From the IMG/VR virus record IMGVR_UViG_3300045988_150938: a stretch of DNA of 30,727 bases; one strand, written 5' to 3'. The translations under genes and the position numbers were made by a program. Below the pieces are notes generated by a model. It saw nothing but the letters and a program-made list of their open reading frames with translations, made no database searches and was not told the DNA's origin. Shown here one piece after another: positions 7,580 to 16,139 of the stretch. This DNA is from a virus. Each line of letters begins with the position of its first letter. Position 1 is the first letter of the stretch.

Positions 7580-7762
7580 ATGGAACAAATTATATTAACA
7601 AATATTGATGAAAATAAAATTGATATGGAAGCAACAGGACTAGAACAAAAAGAAATTGTCTTTACATTATCTGCTGCTTTAATTGGATACAGCAAAGAAT
7701 TAGGCTTAACAAAAGCGATACTAAATGAAATTATGTCCGATCTGTGGAAAGATGATGAATAG
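7580..7762 (+). CDS. Hypothetical small acidic protein (60 aa).
   Basis: RBS gaggagga is 8 nt upstream. Confidence 0.55.
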   Translation: MEQIILTNIDENKIDMEATGLEQKEIVFTLSAALIGYSKELGLTKAILNEIMSDLWKDDE

Positions 7763-7921
7763 ATGAAGTACAAAACTAGATATCACAGCATTGTTCCGAA
7801 AGGACAAATAGGCGAGTGTGTTGATAAAGTCGATGGAAAAATTTTAGCTTTATTGATCAAATTTGAAAATGGCGAAGTATTTTGGTTTATGAAGCGAGAC
7901 CTAATTAAAATTGAGGAGTGA
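7763..7921 (+). CDS. Hypothetical small protein (52 aa, MKYKTRYHSIVPKGQIGECVDKVDGKILALLIKFENGEVFWFMKRDLIKIEE). Not in the supplied ORF track because it falls under the 60-aa cutoff.
   Basis: Manual translation. The ORF fills an otherwise gene-free 155-bp gap in a dense operon. Confidence 0.35.
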   Translation: MKYKTRYHSIVPKGQIGECVDKVDGKILALLIKFENGEVFWFMKRDLIKIEE

Positions 7922-7926
7922 ATATT

Positions 7927-8115
7927 ATGGAAAATAGATTTGAATGGTTTGAAATAACTGATAATATTTCTGAAAAATTAAATGAACTATCAAAAACATA
8001 TGCAATATGCGATGTTAAATATGTTGTGACTTGGTCGCCAAATATGGCATACGACAAAACTTATGCACTGATAAAAGCGATCCGTTTAGACGAACCAATT
8101 TTTAGAGATAAATAA
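7927..8115 (+). CDS. Hypothetical small protein (62 aa).
   Basis: RBS gaggagtga is 6 nt before the ATG at 7927. Confidence 0.5.
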   Translation: MENRFEWFEITDNISEKLNELSKTYAICDVKYVVTWSPNMAYDKTYALIKAIRLDEPIFRDK

Positions 8116-8159
8116 ATTCAGGTAGGAAATAAAATTCCAAAAAGGAGAAAAGCAAGTAT

Positions 8160-9059
8160 ATGAAAAATATACAACCTTACTTTTCTCATGATAGCAATGC
8201 ACGAAATTCTGATGAGTTAATTCCAGTACGCATGAAATTTGGTGCAGAAGGTTATGGCGTATATTTTATGTTGTTAGAACGATTAAGGGAAGAAGGAAAC
8301 TACACGAGTATCAAAGATTATAATACGATAGCCTTTGATCTTCGTGTAGATACTTCAATCATTAAATCAGTTATTGAAGACTTTGGGTTATTTGCCTTCA
8401 CCGAAGACGGTGAGTGTTTTTACTCCGAAGGCTTGAATAAACGAATGGCCTTTATGGAAGAAAAATCAAAAAAACGTTCTGAAGCAGGTAGAAAAGGCGC
8501 TGAAAAACGCTGGTCACAAAATCAAAATGAGTCAAATGCTATGAATGAGGAAAATAAAAATATAGCAAAAAAAAGGCAAACGGATAGCAATGCTATAGCA
8601 AAGCCATCTAAAAAAAATAGCAAACCTAAAAATGCTAATGCGATTGCTACCGAAAAAAATAGCAATAAAATAAAAGAAAATAAAAACAAAGAAAATAAAA
8701 TAAAAACAAAAGAAACTGCTGCTTATTCTAGTATAGATAAGACAAAAGATAGTAAAGCTGTTTCCTACTGGTTAACTCAAGTCCACCCAGCAGAAGCACC
8801 AACGATTATGGAATCGATTAATTTTTGGGTAGAAGATTTTGGAGGATATGACGAAATTGTTATATTGGCCATTGATGAAATGTTGAAAAATGGGGCTAAG
8901 AGCTATAACTATTTGGATACCATTCTAAAATCTTGGGAAACAAAAAAACTAGATACACCTGAAAAGGTGAAAAAACATTTATCTGGTTATTATAACAAGC
9001 GCAAGAATGATAATAACCAAAAAGGTGGGAGTATGAGTGACTGGGACGAATTACTTTGA
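8160..9059 (+). CDS. Phage replisome-organizer-type replication protein. It has an N-terminal DUF4373 (Lin1244/Lin1753-like) domain and a C-terminal DnaD-like (DnaB_2) domain, joined by a Lys/Asn-rich low-complexity linker.
   Basis: N-terminal YFSHDSNARNSDELI...GAEGYGVYFMLLERL. C-terminal YWLTQVHPAEAPTIMESINFWVEDFGGYDEIVILAIDEMLKNGAKSYNYLDTILKSWE. Confidence 0.75.
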   Translation: MKNIQPYFSHDSNARNSDELIPVRMKFGAEGYGVYFMLLERLREEGNYTSIKDYNTIAFDLRVDTSIIKSVIEDFGLFAFTEDGECFYSEGLNKRMAFMEEKSKKRSEAGRKGAEKRWSQNQNESNAMNEENKNIAKKRQTDSNAIAKPSKKNSKPKNANAIATEKNSNKIKENKNKENKIKTKETAAYSSIDKTKDSKAVSYWLTQVHPAEAPTIMESINFWVEDFGGYDEIVILAIDEMLKNGAKSYNYLDTILKSWETKKLDTPEKVKKHLSGYYNKRKNDNNQKGGSMSDWDELL

Positions 9060-9918
9060 GTATTTATCACAAGTGCATGAAATAGACGAACGTTGCGAGA
9101 TTCACGGTACTCGATTAAAAGTTTTTAAAGACTTTGAACCGTTTTGTCTAGCTTGTAGGGAAGAACGTATCAGGGAAGAAGAACAAAAGAGATTCGAACA
9201 AGCTTTTGACAGGAAGAAGCGACGGACTACACAAGAGGTTCTTTTAAAGGACAGCGTTTATACTGATTCAACACTGCAATCCGCTTGCTTTGAAAATTAC
9301 CATGCGAAACCAGGTACTGAAGCAGAACAGGCCAAAGAATTTGCTATAAATCAAGCAAGGGAGTATTACCGATTACGTTTAGAAAATAATAAATCAATTG
9401 AGCAAGAACAAGAAGAGCAACAGCCAGCATTTACTACGGTCTTTAGTGGACCAGTTGGCGTTGGAAAAAGTCATTTAGCAATGAGTATTTTAAAAAAATT
9501 GAATGAATATAACGATTTGACTTACTCGTGTTTATTTTTCAGTCTGGATCAATTATTGAGACGTATTCGAAATAGTTATGACGATGAAAGTGAGTATCTT
9601 ACTGAAGCAAGAGCGGTACAACTGGCGCTGGACGCTGATTATTTTGTACTTGATGATTTAGGAGCAGAGGTAGGAAGCATTGAAACGAATAAGCGAGCTA
9701 CTGACTTTATGATTCGGGTATTAAATGCAATCGTTGATGGTCGCCAAGGAAAAGGATTGATTATTACAACGAATCTAACAAACTTACAGATTCAAGCAAT
9801 TTATGGTCATCGTATTTACAGTCGCTTATTTGCAAACTCAAAAAATCATTTGTTTATTTTCAATGACGAACGACAAACACCAGACTATCGATTAATGGGC
9901 GGTGAAAAAAATGTGTAA
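9037..9918 (+). CDS. DnaI/DnaC-like helicase-loader AAA+ ATPase (IstB-like) with an N-terminal Cys/His zinc-binding region.
   Basis: Walker A FSGPVGVGKSHLA, Walker B YFVLDDLGAE, and N-terminal CEIHGT...CLACREE. Overlaps the upstream gene by 23 nt. Confidence 0.8.
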   Translation: MTGTNYFEYLSQVHEIDERCEIHGTRLKVFKDFEPFCLACREERIREEEQKRFEQAFDRKKRRTTQEVLLKDSVYTDSTLQSACFENYHAKPGTEAEQAKEFAINQAREYYRLRLENNKSIEQEQEEQQPAFTTVFSGPVGVGKSHLAMSILKKLNEYNDLTYSCLFFSLDQLLRRIRNSYDDESEYLTEARAVQLALDADYFVLDDLGAEVGSIETNKRATDFMIRVLNAIVDGRQGKGLIITTNLTNLQIQAIYGHRIYSRLFANSKNHLFIFNDERQTPDYRLMGGEKNV

Positions 9919-10102
9919 GTGGTGTAATGACAAACGAGTGGTACAAGAATTTGATTCACTTTTTGGCATTTTAAAGGTTAAACCTTGTCCTGTTTGTAAT
10001 CAAATAGTCAATAATTACGAAGCTCAAAAGGACGGTGACCTATTAAATGACAGACAATTTTTGGATGCTCCAGGGAAATCAATTGAAAAAATGGCGAGAT
10101 AG
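9902..10102 (+). CDS. Small zinc-ribbon protein (CxxC...CxxC).
   Basis: CKWCND...CPVCNQ. Confidence 0.5.
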   Translation: MKKMCKWCNDKRVVQEFDSLFGILKVKPCPVCNQIVNNYEAQKDGDLLNDRQFLDAPGKSIEKMAR

Positions 10103-10283
10103 AAGAAATCTAACACAAAAACAATTAGCCATGAAAATAGGTTGTCAACGTATGACGATTAGCAGGATAGAACAAGAAAAGCAAAAACCATCGTTAGAAT
10201 TAGCCTATTCTTTAGCAAATGCTTTAGATTTAAAGATAGAAGACCTCTTTTTATTTGAAAACAAGGAGCGTGAAAATGTGTGA
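10047..10283 (+). CDS. XRE-family HTH transcriptional regulator. The true start is possibly the internal Met at 10065.
   Basis: LTQKQLAMKIGCQRMTISRIEQEKQKPSLELAYSLANAL is a classic Cro/C1-type HTH. Confidence 0.65.
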   Translation: MTDNFWMLQGNQLKKWRDRRNLTQKQLAMKIGCQRMTISRIEQEKQKPSLELAYSLANALDLKIEDLFLFENKERENV

Positions 10284-10549
10284 TCACTGAAAATTATATT
10301 CATTCAGAAGGAAGAAGATTCGATGTACCGATTAAAAGAAAACGGACAAAAAGTAATGTAAAAGTTGGCGGCATTTATTGGTGTTCTGTAAAACCGTTTC
10401 AAGGTAAGATACGTGCGGAATGTTTAACGATTTACGATAATTCGGCATTAGTAAAAATTATCGTATGTGAAAAAGAAGCCGATGAAGCGTTACAAGTTCA
10501 ATTAAATCACCTAACTGTGGTTAGCTTAAAAAATATGAAAGGCGTGTAA
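10280..10549 (+). CDS. Hypothetical protein (89 aa).
   Basis: ORF in the operon. Its start overlaps the upstream stop (ATGTGTGA). Confidence 0.45.
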   Translation: MITENYIHSEGRRFDVPIKRKRTKSNVKVGGIYWCSVKPFQGKIRAECLTIYDNSALVKIIVCEKEADEALQVQLNHLTVVSLKNMKGV

Positions 10550-10552
10550 CAA

Positions 10553-10777
10553 ATGAGTAAGCAAAAGAGAAAGTCGTTAGCTTCTGATCACCCTTATAAG
10601 CGCATCAAAGAGGTTGCAAGACGTTATGGGTATAAATGTATTAGTAACGTAAAAAAATGGGACTGTGGCCGTTTTGAGGCGTTTGACTGGCATATTGGAA
10701 AAGTAATCTTAGTAGACTTAAAGGAAGCGAGTGTGAGTGAATGGAATCCAATGACAAAAGAGTGGGATCAGCAATAG
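10553..10777 (+). CDS. Hypothetical basic protein (74 aa).
   Basis: ORF with upstream RBS-like sequence. Confidence 0.45.
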   Translation: MSKQKRKSLASDHPYKRIKEVARRYGYKCISNVKKWDCGRFEAFDWHIGKVILVDLKEASVSEWNPMTKEWDQQ

Positions 10778-10989
10778 AATTAGCGCCAGAACAAGAGAAC
10801 ATGATTCGTGTATGTACACGCCAATACATGGATGATACAAATAATTATCCAAGAGCATGGTCTGATCGGAAAGACGCTGTTATTACCAAGTATAAACCTG
10901 TCTATCGTCTAATGGAAAAATACCCCGAGCCAGCAATGATTCAACGAATCGGCAATATAATTGTGGACGAATGGCGCAAGTATGAATAA
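10741..10989 (+). CDS. Hypothetical protein (82 aa).
   Basis: ORF; coding-like composition. Confidence 0.4.
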   Translation: MESNDKRVGSAIELAPEQENMIRVCTRQYMDDTNNYPRAWSDRKDAVITKYKPVYRLMEKYPEPAMIQRIGNIIVDEWRKYE

Positions 10990-10994
10990 CCTTT

Positions 10995-11030
10995 TTTCGA
11001 AAAAGAGTTATTCTGTTATAATTAACAGAA
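10995..11030 (+). promoter_or_regulatory. Putative promoter with an extended -10 (TGtTATAAT at 11014-11022) preceded by an A/T palindrome (cttttttcgaaaaag). Candidate middle/late promoter.
   Basis: Read directly: ctgttataatt. Confidence 0.4.
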
Positions 11031-11056
11031 AGAAGTAATGAACAGGAGAATAACCC

Positions 11057-11620
11057 ATGGCAAAATTCCAGAATGTATTTAAAGAAGCAAGTCGACGCAT
11101 GAAAAATTTCCAAGCTCGTGGCTTTATTCCATCAGGTTCTAAGTATGTTTTCCAAGATTTTGTCAATGAAGTATCGGCAGAGAATAGAGGAGAAAACTAT
11201 ACAGGTGCTTATACAAAGAATGCATACAATCAAGCCTATGGATCAAATATAGATTACGATTCTTCAGAAACTTTTCAAGAGATTCAACAAGGTCGAAATG
11301 AAAAACTCGTTCAAATTTACCAAAAAGAATTACTAGAAATTTATCATACGAATGATTTCTATGATATGGCATCTGATTACGGAAATGGCCGAGGAGGAGG
11401 TTTTTCACCTTCTGGAGTAATGAATATTGATACTCTTGAAGGATTAATTGATAATGCAAGCGAAGCTATGAATGTAGAGCCTTATCTATTTAGAAATAAA
11501 GTAGGGCGTAATAGAAGTGAAGAATCTAGTATGATGGACACATATCAAAATCAATTCATCGAAGAGTTAGGTCGTTTAATCGATGAAATGAGCGAACAAA
11601 AAATGAAATTTAAATACTAA
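11057..11620 (+). CDS. Hypothetical protein (187 aa), first gene after the putative late promoter.
   Basis: RBS acaggaga is 7 nt upstream. No recognisable motif. Confidence 0.6.
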   Translation: MAKFQNVFKEASRRMKNFQARGFIPSGSKYVFQDFVNEVSAENRGENYTGAYTKNAYNQAYGSNIDYDSSETFQEIQQGRNEKLVQIYQKELLEIYHTNDFYDMASDYGNGRGGGFSPSGVMNIDTLEGLIDNASEAMNVEPYLFRNKVGRNRSEESSMMDTYQNQFIEELGRLIDEMSEQKMKFKY

Positions 11621-11636
11621 AAGTTAGGTGGAACTT

Positions 11637-12638
11637 ATGAGCAATGAGGTAATGAAATCTGATGCATTTCAAAAAAAAGTAAAAACAATGTTAGGATTAA
11701 CTTATTTAACACGTGCCAAATTAGATGGATTTAACGGAAACCACTATATTTTGAAAGACATCTATGTAAATTCTACTAAAAATACTTCGCAAATCCATTA
11801 CCTTGGATGGGATGATCCACAAAAAATCCCTTTTTATCCTGATACAGATAGTTATCGTGGAGCAACTTCAGGAAGCAAGTATAACAAAGAGTTACTTGTT
11901 CCTAATGAACGAATGATTGAATATGATTTTGCTGAAGCATATACAAATATCATGAGAAACTATAAACTGCCATCGAATGTATACCTAGAAAATGTGCGTT
12001 TTGACAAAGAAAAATTATTAGAGCGGTTAGTTAGTTATGATAAACCTCAACCATACAAAGAATTATCAACGTTCGTTTTTGTAAAAGTTGCCATTGAAGC
12101 AATTGCAAAAGAAAGTACGTATACTGCTTTTGGTTCACATTTTCAACAATATCGAAAAAATCTTAGTCGTACATTAACAGTTACTGAAATTGAATTAAAG
12201 TTAATTATGGATTTTTATGATGTAAAAGCATTAGAAATACTAGAAACGTATACTTTCCGAACACGTAAAGGACTGTTAGAAGATTATTTTGAAAAAATTG
12301 ATCGACTAAAAGAGGATGAAGAAACAAAATTCTTTTATAAAATGTTACGGAACAAAATTTATGGAACGATTGGTAAACGTGAGTTGTCTACTCACGAAGC
12401 AAAAATATTTAAGTTTCCAATGTATAATCGTGCATTTTCTTCAATGGTAGCTGGCGTGTTTAGAGATAGAATCGCACGCTACGAACAAAAGTATGTAAAT
12501 AGTGAATATGGACTTGTATTAATTAAAACAGACGGCTTGTATTTTAAAAAAGAAGTTCCTGAATTTGAAGCATTAAACAAAAAAGGGATTGTAAAGAAAA
12601 AAGTACATGTTATTACAGACCATGATGTGAAAAATTAA
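11637..12638 (+). CDS. Hypothetical protein (333 aa) directly upstream of the encapsidation ATPase.
   Basis: RBS aggtgg is 6 nt before the ATG at 11637. It contains YPDTDSYRG and KIYGTIGK segments, but not in polymerase order. Confidence 0.6.
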   Translation: MSNEVMKSDAFQKKVKTMLGLTYLTRAKLDGFNGNHYILKDIYVNSTKNTSQIHYLGWDDPQKIPFYPDTDSYRGATSGSKYNKELLVPNERMIEYDFAEAYTNIMRNYKLPSNVYLENVRFDKEKLLERLVSYDKPQPYKELSTFVFVKVAIEAIAKESTYTAFGSHFQQYRKNLSRTLTVTEIELKLIMDFYDVKALEILETYTFRTRKGLLEDYFEKIDRLKEDEETKFFYKMLRNKIYGTIGKRELSTHEAKIFKFPMYNRAFSSMVAGVFRDRIARYEQKYVNSEYGLVLIKTDGLYFKKEVPEFEALNKKGIVKKKVHVITDHDVKN

Positions 12639-12697
12639 AAAAGAAATAAAAAGCGAAGCAGACAAGCTTTGCTTTTTTGATAGAAAGTGTGAAAAGA

Positions 12698-13870
12698 ATG
12701 GAGAAAAATAAATATGAAACGGAAGAAGGTTATTTAAATGTGCCAATCATATGGGAAGAAGTGGAACAATTCGCTTTTTTAGTTGGCGCACGAAACGTAG
12801 GTAAAACTTATGGATTCTTAAATTTTTCAATCAAACGAGGATTAGATACTATTTTAGAATGTTTTGATTTTTCTACACTACAGGAATTTAAAAAATTACC
12901 TACTTTGATGGAAGCAGAATTTCAATTTTTATTTTTACGCCGATATATTACACAAGCTAAGTCTGCCAGTAGAAATTTAGTATTGGCTGATTTTTATCAA
13001 CCATTTTTAGATAAGTTGCCTGAAGAAGTAAAAAAACAATATGAAGTATTTGTAGAATATCAGGGCTCTTCAGAAGAGCCTAGAGAAATACTATTAGTTT
13101 TTAGAAATAAGGAACTAAAAAAAGATAAAAAATGTATTAAATTAGGTTATCTTGGTGCGGTAAGTATGGCAGAAAAATTTAGAGGACCAGGTCTGCCAAA
13201 AGTAAAAGTAATATTATTGGATGAATTTCAATCGAAAAAAAATTGGGATTATTTACCAAATGAACCTGTAGAGCTAGAAGATATTTACGAATCCGTTGGA
13301 CGTTTAAGATGTGGAACTGGAGATATTAAAGTGATTGCATTAGGGAATTCAGGGACAATTTTAAATCCTTATTTTGATTATTATGGATATGACGAATTCA
13401 CGGAGGTTAAAACAGTAAAGCGTGAAGGAGAAGTTCTTTTTTATCATTTACCCAATAAAGCAAAAAGAAGCGAGCAATCTAAAAATTTATTTAAAGGATC
13501 AGCATATGGTAAATATTCATTAGATAATGATTTTGCGGACAATCAGTTATTTAATGTCATTCGTTTAAAAGAAGCAAAAGCACCTCGAAAATGTCTATAT
13601 AATATTTTCTTTGGGGAAACATATATCGGTGTTTGGAGAACAGGAGACTATAAAATTCTAATTAGCCGTGTAAGTGATCCAGATAAATTAGATATTGTTG
13701 ATCGGACACCTATAGAAGAACAAGTGCTAGATCAACAAGTATACAGGGTACTTTCAGATAAATTACAAAACAAACAACTTTATTTTGATTCGCCAGAATT
13801 GAGGTTAATTGCTGAAAAACACTTGCGCAAATATATTTATAATTCTGCGAGTGAATGGGAAACATTTTAA
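12698..13870 (+). CDS. phi29 gp16-like DNA encapsidation ATPase.
   Basis: FLVGARNVGKTYGF is alignable to phi29 FVIGARGIGKSYAM. KVILLDEFQSKKNWDYLPNE...RLRCGTGDIKVIALGNSGTILNPYF is alignable to phi29 IVFDEFIREKDNSNYIPNE...RVRCICLSNAVSVVNPYF. SLDNDFADNQLF matches SLDNQFIGDSQVF. The start is uncertain between TTG 12677 and ATG 12698. Confidence 0.85.
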   Translation: MEKNKYETEEGYLNVPIIWEEVEQFAFLVGARNVGKTYGFLNFSIKRGLDTILECFDFSTLQEFKKLPTLMEAEFQFLFLRRYITQAKSASRNLVLADFYQPFLDKLPEEVKKQYEVFVEYQGSSEEPREILLVFRNKELKKDKKCIKLGYLGAVSMAEKFRGPGLPKVKVILLDEFQSKKNWDYLPNEPVELEDIYESVGRLRCGTGDIKVIALGNSGTILNPYFDYYGYDEFTEVKTVKREGEVLFYHLPNKAKRSEQSKNLFKGSAYGKYSLDNDFADNQLFNVIRLKEAKAPRKCLYNIFFGETYIGVWRTGDYKILISRVSDPDKLDIVDRTPIEEQVLDQQVYRVLSDKLQNKQLYFDSPELRLIAEKHLRKYIYNSASEWETF

Positions 13871-13879
13871 CAAATAAAA

Positions 13880-13912
13880 AAACCACTCTATCAAAAATAG
13901 AGTGGTTTTTAC
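13880..13912 (+). terminator. Rho-independent terminator after the ATPase gene (accactctat / atagagtggt followed by ttttt).
   Basis: 10-bp perfect stem plus T-run. Confidence 0.8.
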
Positions 13913-14007
13913 GTTGTCAAGAGGTAAAAATGAGCGAAGTATGTCGCATTGATGAGCGATGTACGTCGCTTTTTGATTTTTTCAAAAGAAAACATGCTAA
14001 ACTTCAC

Positions 14008-14036
14008 TTGAAATTTAAAAACTGGTGAAGTAAAAA
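14008..14036 (+). promoter_or_regulatory. Putative sigma-A promoter (ttgaaa, 17 nt, taaaaa) ahead of the fibre/lysis/head operon.
   Basis: Read directly. RBS gaagggagga and ATG follow at 14062. Confidence 0.35.
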
Positions 14037-14061
14037 ACTAAATTTGAAGGGAGGATAGGAA

Positions 14062-14637
14062 ATGTTCAGTAAAGAAGATATGTTAACCTATGAAAAATTT
14101 AATAAAAATATACGAATGTTTCCTAACTTCTCGCTTGATTATGTTTATGGGAAAATCAATATATTTTATGACTTTCATAAAGATAAACAAGGTAAAAATA
14201 CAAACTATAATCGTGAGTTGCTTTTTTCAATAAGTACACTTAAACCTTTTAGAATTATAGCTCCAGCAGGGTATCGCTTAATTCAATTCAAAAGTGTTCC
14301 GAATTTTGAAAAAATTGAAACATTAGCAATTAAATTATCAAGGACACCAATTAGCTTTCGTGGGGAAATTCCTTTAAATCATTCAAATGGTGATTTAGAA
14401 TCTGGTGTTCTTGTTAGAGTTAACAGTTTAGAAGAAATTCTAAAACCTAGAAAAGATAAAGCATATATTTTACCTAATGGAGAAATGTATATTCTTGATA
14501 ATGAGGGAAAGCAACTTATTAAAATAGGCGGTAGTGGTGGGAATATTGACTTAACGAAGTATGCGAAAAAACCAGAAGATATTGATATCATGGACCCGCA
14601 ACTAAAGGCATTCATTGAAGAAGTCATAAAAGAGTAG
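14062..14637 (+). CDS. Structural protein carrying a C-terminal phage-fibre-type repeat (DLTKYAKKPEDIDIMDPQLKAFIEEV).
   Basis: Its C-terminal ~30 aa are paralogous to the C-terminus of the next gene. Strong RBS. Confidence 0.55.
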   Translation: MFSKEDMLTYEKFNKNIRMFPNFSLDYVYGKINIFYDFHKDKQGKNTNYNRELLFSISTLKPFRIIAPAGYRLIQFKSVPNFEKIETLAIKLSRTPISFRGEIPLNHSNGDLESGVLVRVNSLEEILKPRKDKAYILPNGEMYILDNEGKQLIKIGGSGGNIDLTKYAKKPEDIDIMDPQLKAFIEEVIKE

Positions 14638-14649
14638 GAGTGATTGGTA

Positions 14650-14886
14650 GTGAATGATGTAACTAAATTAACAAAAGCAGTAAAAAAATTATTTGATAAA
14701 ATAGCAAACCTTGTAACGAAAGAAGAATTACAAAGTTATGCAAAAAAAACTGATATTCCAAATACAGATAATTTTGTAACAAAAACACAGCTTGAATCTG
14801 ATTTAACGAAATATGCGAAAAAACCAGAAGATGTATCGATTACAGATACAGAATTAAATCAATGGCTTGAAGAATTCATACAATAA
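14650..14886 (+). CDS. Small fibre-module protein. Its N-terminus is paralogous to the 14903 gene, and its C-terminal repeat is paralogous to the 14062 gene.
   Basis: VNDVTKLTKAVKKLFDKI versus MNDVLRLAKAVRKINTIF. The VTKTQLESDLTKYAKKPED repeat. The GTG at 14650 is preferred (RBS ggagtga 7 nt upstream); the track start is TTG 14644. Confidence 0.5.
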   Translation: MNDVTKLTKAVKKLFDKIANLVTKEELQSYAKKTDIPNTDNFVTKTQLESDLTKYAKKPEDVSITDTELNQWLEEFIQ

Positions 14887-14902
14887 GAAAGGCCTGATAT
14901 AA

Positions 14903-15724
14903 GTGAACGATGTGTTGAGGTTAGCAAAAGCAGTAAGAAAAATAAATACAATTTTTTCTACGTTTAAAGATAGTATTTATACCAAAAATGAAGCAGACGA
15001 TAAATTCATAAACCAAGAGTTGATGGAAAATGGATTGTATGTAATTAAAAATAAAAATGTTGAAAATATGAATGATGCTATTCAACCAGGTGTGTATTCA
15101 ATTCCGGCTACAGGAGTTGAAAATAAACCTTTACCTAACTCTGGTTCTCTATTCGTCAATAAAGACCCAGGAGGAATCAGACAGTTCTTTCAGACGGAGA
15201 GAACAATTTTTATCCGACAATTCGGGGGAATTCCACCGTCCTGGACGGATTGGAAAGAATTAGGCTTACAAGGTCCAAAAGGTGATACTGGTCCAATTGG
15301 TCCACAGGGACCAAAGGGAGATACACCTGATATAAGTAATTTAGTAACAAAAACACAGTATACAAATGATTTAAATAAAAAGATTGATAAAACAGCATTT
15401 AATGCTATAGGGCAACATATTTCTTTTAACGGAATCACTATACACATTCAAAAATCAAATACAGTTGTTACATGTAATGTCGAAGGGATATTTAAAAAAG
15501 GGAAAGCAAACGGATGGCATGAGGTCTCGACAAGAGCAGAAATAAGTTATAGACCAGTTAACATGATTATTAAAGTGCCTTTAACAATAAATATAGGGAA
15601 TACTATTCAAATAAATAAGTATGCAGCATTACAAATAGAAACATCTGGTCGAATCATGATTCGAGTTTATGGACTTCAAAATGACGATGTAGAGTTTGGA
15701 GGGAGTGCAACATGGATAAGATAA
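14903..15724 (+). CDS. Fibre protein with collagen-like G-X-Y triplets (GPKGDTGPIGPQGPKGDT) and a C-terminal globular domain.
   Basis: Six uninterrupted GXY triplets. A VTKTQYTNDLNKKIDK repeat is shared with the upstream genes. Confidence 0.7.
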   Translation: MNDVLRLAKAVRKINTIFSTFKDSIYTKNEADDKFINQELMENGLYVIKNKNVENMNDAIQPGVYSIPATGVENKPLPNSGSLFVNKDPGGIRQFFQTERTIFIRQFGGIPPSWTDWKELGLQGPKGDTGPIGPQGPKGDTPDISNLVTKTQYTNDLNKKIDKTAFNAIGQHISFNGITIHIQKSNTVVTCNVEGIFKKGKANGWHEVSTRAEISYRPVNMIIKVPLTINIGNTIQINKYAALQIETSGRIMIRVYGLQNDDVEFGGSATWIR

Positions 15725-16134
15725 AGATATGGATAACAGTGGACGAAAATAAAATGATTACGGATTATTCACTTACTTTTAAGGAAAATTACATTGAAAT
15801 GGAAGTAATTGAAGAGCCAAAAGATTATTTGAATTGGGGATTACGCAATGGCAAATTAGTTCATTATCCTGATGATTTAAATGATCTTACTAATCAAAGC
15901 GAAACAAGTTTTGAAGGGAATGTATTGCTGACTTTAGCATATTTATCATATAAATTTTCGAGCATTCCTAATTTAACAGAAGTTAATTTTGATTATCCTA
16001 AATATGCTGATATTTCAACAGTATATAACAATCAAGGAATGACAAACTTAGATGTAAAAAAAATGGTGGAATATCAACGGATAACTGAAGAGGAATATCA
16101 AAAAATAACAAATAAACCTTTGGAAAGAAGGTGA
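15712..16134 (+). CDS. Hypothetical structural or assembly protein (140 aa).
   Basis: ORF overlapping the upstream stop. Confidence 0.5.
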   Translation: MDKIKIWITVDENKMITDYSLTFKENYIEMEVIEEPKDYLNWGLRNGKLVHYPDDLNDLTNQSETSFEGNVLLTLAYLSYKFSSIPNLTEVNFDYPKYADISTVYNNQGMTNLDVKKMVEYQRITEEEYQKITNKPLERR

Positions 16135-16139
16135 ATTAA

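Noticed and set aside
8560-8720. Low-complexity A-rich tract with a8 runs, as a possible phase-variation site.
   Set aside because: It encodes the Lys/Asn-rich interdomain linker of the DnaD-like protein. That is common low-complexity linker sequence and insufficient evidence for regulated slippage.
11637-12638. Family-B DNA polymerase (because of YPDTDSYRG and a K..YG motif).
   Set aside because: The motifs are in the wrong order (C-like before B-like). There is no Dx2SLYPS and no exonuclease motifs, and 333 aa is far too short.
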